A DNA stretch of 64,000 nt from Actinomycetota bacterium (GTDB taxonomy: Bacteria > Actinomycetota > Acidimicrobiia > Spongiisociales > UBA5794). Location of the stretch: positions 3,601 to 67,600 of the forward strand of contig JASJXX010000004.1 in assembly GCA_030123765.1 (NCBI GenBank), read 5' to 3'. Shown here piece by piece: positions 58,985 to 64,000 of the stretch. The notes under the pieces are model-generated. The model saw only the letters and a list, made by a program, of their open reading frames with translations. It made no database searches and was not told the DNA's origin. The position numbers and the translations under genes were made by a program. Within the stretch, counting starts at the first letter, position 1, and each line of letters begins with the position of its first letter.

Positions 58985-59425
58985 GTGGCGGCCGCTGTCG
59001 CCGCGGCCGTCTTCGTCGGTGATCAACTCTCCAAATGGTGGGCGTACACCACTCTCGCTGACGGGCCGATGGCTGTTGTCGATGGCGTTGTTCGGTTCAA
59101 GCTCACCTTCAACACCGGCGTGTCGTTCTCCATGTTCAGCGGCTTCGGCCCGATCATCGCCTTTGTTGCTTTCGCCATCGTCGGACTCATCTTGTACGTC
59201 CTGCGCGATGCACACCGCCCGATCGAGGCGGTGGCGCTCGGGCTCATACTCGGTGGCGCCCTCGGCAATCTCGCTGATCGGATGTTCAGAGGAGATGGAT
59301 ATCTCGATGGTGCGGTGGTCGATTTTATCGACTTCTCATTCTTCGCGACCTTCAACGTTGCTGACATGGCAATTAACGCGGGAGTCATCGTGATGTTGCT
59401 TGCGGTATTCGGGAAGCGATCGTGA
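58985..59425 (+). CDS. lspA: Lipoprotein signal peptidase II.
   Basis: The start is set at GTG 58985, just after the dksA-like stop. The track ORF starts at 58883 inside that gene. The LspA motifs are FNTGVSFS and FNVADMAINAGV. Confidence 0.8.
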   Translation: MAAAVAAAVFVGDQLSKWWAYTTLADGPMAVVDGVVRFKLTFNTGVSFSMFSGFGPIIAFVAFAIVGLILYVLRDAHRPIEAVALGLILGGALGNLADRMFRGDGYLDGAVVDFIDFSFFATFNVADMAINAGVIVMLLAVFGKRS

Positions 59426-60375
59426 CGACGGTCGACGTGATCGTTCCTGACGATCTCGATAGAATCCGAGCGGACAAGGTGCTCGCGGTCGTGCTCGGAA
59501 TACCGCGCTCCGCGTCGCGAGAGATCATCGACTCAGGGGACGCGACGATCGACGAGGTTCCGGTGCGACCCGGCGAGAAGGTGCGGGCCGGGACGCGCAT
59601 AGTCGCCATCCTCCCGGAACGTGCTGAGGATCTGACGCCGGATCCTGAGGTTCCCTTTGAGGTCGTGTATGAAGACGATGCGGTGGTCGTGGTCGACAAG
59701 CCGATCGGTGTCGTCGTGCACCCGGGATCGGGCCATGGTGAAGGGACGCTGGTGAACGGACTCATAGCGAGATTCCCGGAGATCGTCGGAGTGGGACAGA
59801 AGGGACGGTGGGGGATCGTGCATCGTCTCGACAGGGACACATCGGGTCTGCTCGTCGTTGCGCGCACACTTCCCGCCTACGAAGAGCTCATCTCGATGAT
59901 GAAGGCCCACGAGGTGTCTCGCGGGTACCTTGCGGTGGTTCAGGGAGTGTTCACCAATACAAAGGGGACGATCGACGCGCCGATCGGCCGCGATCCTGTG
60001 AACCCGACCAAGATGCATCTTGACGGGTCCGGGCGGGAGGCGAGGACGCACTATCGCAGGCTGGCGCAGTGGACGATCCGTGACGCGGCGCTCCTCTCCG
60101 TGACACTTGAGACGGGACGAACCCATCAGATACGAGTCCACATGCGCTCGATCGGTCACCCCATCATCGGAGATGGTGGATACGGCAGACGAGGGGTCGT
60201 GGGAGACCCGGGGAGGCCGTGGCTCCACGCAAGGCGTCTCGCGTTGCGCCATCCGACGACCGGTCGCGAACTGTCATTCATAGCGCCACTCCCCGCCGAT
60301 CTCTCGGACAGCCTCTCCGATCTGGGTGAGCCCGACGTTGGAATCGTCGCAGACATCGACGGAGAGGCGTTGTGA
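59422..60375 (+). CDS. rluD: RluA-family 23S rRNA pseudouridine synthase with S4 domain.
   Basis: 317 aa. Motifs VVVDKPIGVVVHPG and HRLDRDTSGLLVVA. Confidence 0.88.
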   Translation: MTTVDVIVPDDLDRIRADKVLAVVLGIPRSASREIIDSGDATIDEVPVRPGEKVRAGTRIVAILPERAEDLTPDPEVPFEVVYEDDAVVVVDKPIGVVVHPGSGHGEGTLVNGLIARFPEIVGVGQKGRWGIVHRLDRDTSGLLVVARTLPAYEELISMMKAHEVSRGYLAVVQGVFTNTKGTIDAPIGRDPVNPTKMHLDGSGREARTHYRRLAQWTIRDAALLSVTLETGRTHQIRVHMRSIGHPIIGDGGYGRRGVVGDPGRPWLHARRLALRHPTTGRELSFIAPLPADLSDSLSDLGEPDVGIVADIDGEAL

Positions 60376-61823
60376 CGGTCCATTACGACCGGCTCTCGAA
60401 TCTCGACGCCTCGTTTCTCGCTCTTGAGACGAGGACGACCCACATGCATGTCGGTGCCGTCGCGATATTTGGCCCTGGCCCCTCTGTCTCGGATCAGGGA
60501 GTTGCCATTAACACCATCCGCACCCTCATCTCGTCGCGGCTCGGCAGCATCCCCCGGTACCGCCAGCGCCTGGCGATGGTGCCCATCGAGGGCCATCCCG
60601 TCTGGGTCGACGACGAGCACTTCCATCTCGATTACCACATGCGGCACATCGCGCTCCCGCATCCGGGATCGGTCGAGCAGTTGAAACAACTCACAGGAAG
60701 GCTGATGTCCCAGCAGCTCGACAGATCGAAGCCGCTGTGGGAGCTTTACGTTGTCGAGGGTCTCGCGGACGGTGGTTTTGCGATCATACTGAAGATCCAC
60801 CACTGCATGGTCGACGGTGTGTCGGGCATCGATCTCATGGCCGTCCTCCTTGACACCTCCCCAAAGTTTGAGCTCACCGATCCGAAGCCGTGGACACCTC
60901 GCCCTGCACCGAACGGCACCGAACTAGCGGTGCGCGAGATCTCGCGCTCGATATCCGCCCTCCTTGCGGGGGCACGCCACTTCCCATCAGCGATCCCGAC
61001 TCTGGCTGCTGAGTGGTCGCATCGCTTGAGAGCCGCCAGCGCGTCACTCTCCTCGGGTTGGCTCACCCCGACGGGTCGGACGCCACTGAACGGCAACGTC
61101 GGCCCGGCGAGAGCGTTCGACTGGTTGCAGTTTGAACTTGACGACGTCAAAGCGATCAAGAACCTCCACGGGGCGACGGTCAACGACGTCATGCTCGCGA
61201 TCGTTGCTGGTGCGGTGCGAACCTATCTCCTCGACGGTTCACGCATGAACGAAACCGAACTTGCAGGAATCGACTTTCGCATCATGGCGCCCGTGTCGGT
61301 GCGGTCCTCGGAGGACGGAGGCACCCTCGGTAACAAGGTCGCGATGTGGCTCATGGCCCTTCCGATCGCGGAACCTGATCCAGCCAAGCGAGTGGCGATC
61401 GTCAAGTGCCAAACGAGGAGTCTGAAGGAGACCGACCAGGCGCTCGGAGCCGCAACGCTCGTCGACGTGTCGACAGGCGCGCCCGCGACCCTTGTCTCGC
61501 TCGCAGCGCGGCTCGCGGGGATGGCGCGGCCGTTCAACATGACGGTGACGAACGTCCCGGGTCCGCAGTTCCCGCTCTACCTCGCAGGATCCCCCATGGT
61601 CGCGACGTATCCGCTCGTGCCGCTCTGGCAGAGTCACGGCGCCGGCATAGCGATCTTCTCGTTGAACGGGATGGTCAATATTGGCATCAACATGTCCAGG
61701 GATCTCATCGAGGATCACGCCCTTCTCGCGCGGTGTCTCAAAGGTGCGCTCGAAGAACTCATGGACACGGAGCCGGCCAGGCCGAAGAAGGCGAAGAAGC
61801 GACCCCCGATGGGGAGCACCTAG
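60372..61823 (+). CDS. Wax ester synthase/diacylglycerol acyltransferase (WS/DGAT) family O-acyltransferase.
   Basis: 483 aa with the HHCMVDG active-site motif. It has a GTGA overlap with the rluD stop. Confidence 0.85.
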   Translation: MTVHYDRLSNLDASFLALETRTTHMHVGAVAIFGPGPSVSDQGVAINTIRTLISSRLGSIPRYRQRLAMVPIEGHPVWVDDEHFHLDYHMRHIALPHPGSVEQLKQLTGRLMSQQLDRSKPLWELYVVEGLADGGFAIILKIHHCMVDGVSGIDLMAVLLDTSPKFELTDPKPWTPRPAPNGTELAVREISRSISALLAGARHFPSAIPTLAAEWSHRLRAASASLSSGWLTPTGRTPLNGNVGPARAFDWLQFELDDVKAIKNLHGATVNDVMLAIVAGAVRTYLLDGSRMNETELAGIDFRIMAPVSVRSSEDGGTLGNKVAMWLMALPIAEPDPAKRVAIVKCQTRSLKETDQALGAATLVDVSTGAPATLVSLAARLAGMARPFNMTVTNVPGPQFPLYLAGSPMVATYPLVPLWQSHGAGIAIFSLNGMVNIGINMSRDLIEDHALLARCLKGALEELMDTEPARPKKAKKRPPMGST

Positions 61824-61860
61824 CACGCGCAACGGAAGCGTTGCTCCTATCCGAAGAAGG

Positions 61861-62886
61861 CTATCCGAAGAATGTCTTTGCGGTCGTGTAGAGGTCGTCC
61901 GGAACGCCCCTGATCTCTGACGTGGCTTCGGCGAGAGGCACGGTGACGATGTCGGTCCCCCTCACCGCGACCATCACGTTCGACAAACCGCTGAGAGCGA
62001 AGTCGGTAGCAGCCACCCCGAGGCGAGTCGCGAGGACCCGGTCGGACGCCACGGGTGTACCCCCGCGCTGGATGTGGCCGAGCACCGAGACCCGGGTCTC
62101 GAAGTGTGTGCGATCCTCGATCGCGGCAGCGATCTGATAGCCGACGCCGCCGAGACGATCGAAGCCGAATGCGTCCTTCTTCTTCTCGAGAGGTTCGTAA
62201 CCCGTGGGCGGATCGATGCCCTCGGCGACGACGACGATTGAATACTTGTGGCCTGACCGGTGCCTGGACCGAATGACTTCGACGACGTGGTCGATGTCGT
62301 AGGCGACTTCGGGGATGAGGATGTAGTCCGCTCCGCCTGCAATGCCTGCGTGTGTCGCGATCCAACCTCTCGTACGCCCCATGACCTCAACGACGATGAC
62401 CCTGTTGTGCGCCTCGGCGGTTGTGACAAGCCTGTCCAGGGCGTCCGTCGCGATCTGGACGGCGGTCGCGAATCCGAACGTGATGTCGGTGCCACAGATG
62501 TCGTTGTCGATCGTCTTCGGCACGCCGACTATCTGAAGCCCCTCATCGGCGAGAGCCATCGCCGAGCGGAGTGTTCCGTCGCCGCCGATGACGATGACCC
62601 GATCGATTCCGTTGCGCGAGAGCGTTGATGCGCAGCTCGCGAGTCCGTCGCCGTGGACGTAGGGATCCATCCGCGACGTCCCGAGGATGGTGCCGCCCCG
62701 GCCAAGGATCCCGCGAACCTTGTCACGATCGAGGAGGACCGTTCGGTTCTCCATCAGGCCCTCCCATCCGTCGAGAATGCCGACGACCGGGGTTTCGCAC
62801 TGCTGCGCCCTGCCAACGACGCCGCGTATCACCGCGTTCAAACCGGGACAGTCTCCGCCCGCTGTGAGCACTCCTATGACACTCAC
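61861..62886 (-). CDS. pfkA: 6-phosphofructokinase (ATP/PPi-PFK family).
   Basis: 341 aa. Motifs GVLTAGGDCPGLNAVIRGVV, GGDGTL and MGRTRGW. Confidence 0.9.
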   Translation of the reverse strand: MSVIGVLTAGGDCPGLNAVIRGVVGRAQQCETPVVGILDGWEGLMENRTVLLDRDKVRGILGRGGTILGTSRMDPYVHGDGLASCASTLSRNGIDRVIVIGGDGTLRSAMALADEGLQIVGVPKTIDNDICGTDITFGFATAVQIATDALDRLVTTAEAHNRVIVVEVMGRTRGWIATHAGIAGGADYILIPEVAYDIDHVVEVIRSRHRSGHKYSIVVVAEGIDPPTGYEPLEKKKDAFGFDRLGGVGYQIAAAIEDRTHFETRVSVLGHIQRGGTPVASDRVLATRLGVAATDFALSGLSNVMVAVRGTDIVTVPLAEATSEIRGVPDDLYTTAKTFFG

Positions 62887-62987
62887 GTCTCCTCCTCCGA
62901 TACGTAATGGGTTCTGCTCGCTGTACCCGGATCCGCGGCATCTCGAGGTGTGCCGCTGATCTGAGTGGCAGCATTACATTAGGGGAG

Positions 62988-64000
62988 GTGGCAGACAGCT
63001 TCGCTCATCTTCACGTGCACACCGAGTTCTCGATGCTCGACGGTGCTGCACGCGTTCAAGATATCGTCAAAGCCGTCGCCGCAGACGGTCAGAGCGCGGT
63101 AGCGATCACCGACCACGGTGTTCTTTACGGTGTCGTCGACTTCGTGAAGGCGGCCAAGGCCGAAGGTGTCAAGCCGATCATCGGGATCGAGGCGTACCTC
63201 ACTCCTGGCTCGCGGTTCGATCGGCCGGCTCGCAGAGAAGATCTCCGCTATCACACAACGATCCTCGCCGAGAACGAGATCGGGTATCGCAATCTCATAA
63301 AGCTTGCGTCGCGTGCGTACACGGAGGGGTACTACTACAAACCGAGGATCGACGCGGAGCTTCTCGCTGAGTACAGCGAGGGGCTGATCGGCACCACTGG
63401 ATGTCTCGGCGGCCACGTCCCGCAGCTCCTCGGCGTTGACGACTCGGCAGAGGACGGACGACGTCGGACGGAGCGTGACTTCGACGCCGCGCTCGCTGCC
63501 GCGGCGAAGTACCAGGACATCTTCGGCCGGGAGAATTTCTTCATCGAATTGCAGGATCACGGGATCCCCGCGCAACAGGCCATCATGGACGACCTGCTCG
63601 AGATCGGTAGGCTGATCAACGCGCCGCTCCTGGCGACGAACGACTCCCACTACACCTATGCGCACGAGGCAGACGCGCACGACGCGCTGCTCTGCATCCA
63701 GACAGGATCGGTGAAGTCGGATGAGGACCGGTTCAGATTCCACTCCCAGGAGTACTATGTGAAGTCCGCGGCCCAGATGCGGTCGCTCTTCGACGATGAG
63801 CGTTACCCCGGCGCAGCGGACAACACTCTGCTCATCGCAGAGAGAGTCGATTTCGATATCGAGTTCGGCAGGATCCTGCTCCCCGAGTTCGACGTGCCGC
63901 AGGGACACACCGAGGACACCTATCTCAGGCATCTCGTGACACTTGGCGCTTCCCGGAGGTACGGGTCCGTCACATCCGAGACGCAGGAGCGCATCGACTA
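62988..64000 (+). CDS. dnaE: DNA polymerase III alpha subunit, N-terminal PHP domain (partial; continues beyond the window).
   Basis: A manual translation from GTG 62988 gives VADSFAHLHVHTEFSMLDGAARVQDIVKAVAADGQSAVAITDHGVLYGVVDF...IIGIEAYL. An AGGGGAGG SD immediately precedes the start. Confidence 0.8.
   Translation, partial: MADSFAHLHVHTEFSMLDGAARVQDIVKAVAADGQSAVAITDHGVLYGVVDFVKAAKAEGVKPIIGIEAYLTPGSRFDRPARREDLRYHTTILAENEIGYRNLIKLASRAYTEGYYYKPRIDAELLAEYSEGLIGTTGCLGGHVPQLLGVDDSAEDGRRRTERDFDAALAAAAKYQDIFGRENFFIELQDHGIPAQQAIMDDLLEIGRLINAPLLATNDSHYTYAHEADAHDALLCIQTGSVKSDEDRFRFHSQEYYVKSAAQMRSLFDDERYPGAADNTLLIAERVDFDIEFGRILLPEFDVPQGHTEDTYLRHLVTLGASRRYGSVTSETQERID

Noticed and set aside
61829-61844. 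A 6-bp inverted repeat (gcaacg-gaag-cgttgc) between convergent WS/DGAT and pfkA, examined as a bidirectional terminator.
   Set aside because: The stem is short, there is no U-rich tract on either strand, and no other evidence; support is too weak to annotate.
1-64000. A whole-window scan for CRISPR arrays, IS elements, integrases, rRNA and tRNA genes.
   Set aside because: None of the following was seen: regularly spaced direct repeats, transposase or integrase-like ORFs, terminal inverted repeats, or rRNA/tRNA-like sequences. The only recombinase-like gene (36680-37204) lacks catalytic residues and flanking repeats.

Overview
This is a high-GC (~65%) core chromosomal window from an actinobacterium. 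The assignment rests on SepF with no FtsA, DUF3040, a WS/DGAT acyltransferase and an F420-type LLM oxidoreductase. Almost all of the window is protein-coding housekeeping DNA. No rRNA, tRNA, CRISPR array, transposon or integrase was found.

Content from left to right:
- A partial kynureninase, translationally coupled to an archaeal-type S-adenosylmethionine synthetase.
- A nitroreductase, gnd, and the three-gene pntAA-pntAB-pntB transhydrogenase.
- leuB-leuA-ilvC-ilvN-ilvB on the minus strand, with a branched-chain-rich leader peptide and attenuator hairpin upstream of ilvB.
- A NYN/YacP-like protein and an LLM oxidoreductase.
- A plus-strand run of translationally coupled genes: queG, a small membrane protein, a metallophosphoesterase, a SAM methyltransferase, an SRPBCC protein, an ArsA-like ATPase, a 62-aa micro-ORF, ROK glucokinase and an aminotransferase.
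- fabD-fabH-fabG-acpP-fabF.
- An uncharacterised envelope trio: a cupredoxin-like secreted protein and two polytopic membrane proteins.
- A histidine phosphatase, DUF3040, a MerR regulator, and the MoxR-DUF58-transglutaminase triad.
- An acidic protein with an internal tandem repeat, a degenerate serine-recombinase-like protein, and a Usp.
- A complete division/cell-wall cluster: mraZ-rsmH-ftsL-ftsI-murE-murF-mraY-murD-ftsW-murG-murC-murB-ftsQ-ftsZ-pgeF-yggS-sepF-yggT. It carries a textbook MraZ operator (GTGG direct repeats at 10-bp phase) and a perfect 8-2-8 palindrome in front of ftsZ.
- Convergent ileS, a DksA-like protein lacking its zinc-finger cysteines, lspA, rluD, WS/DGAT, pfkA and the start of dnaE.

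The more interesting items are:
- the archaeal-type MAT;
- the ilvB leader/attenuator;
- the MraZ boxes;
- the inactivated resolvase-like gene;
- the unusual division-cluster architecture (murB inside, no divIVA, ileS overlapping yggT);
- the uncharacterised envelope trio.
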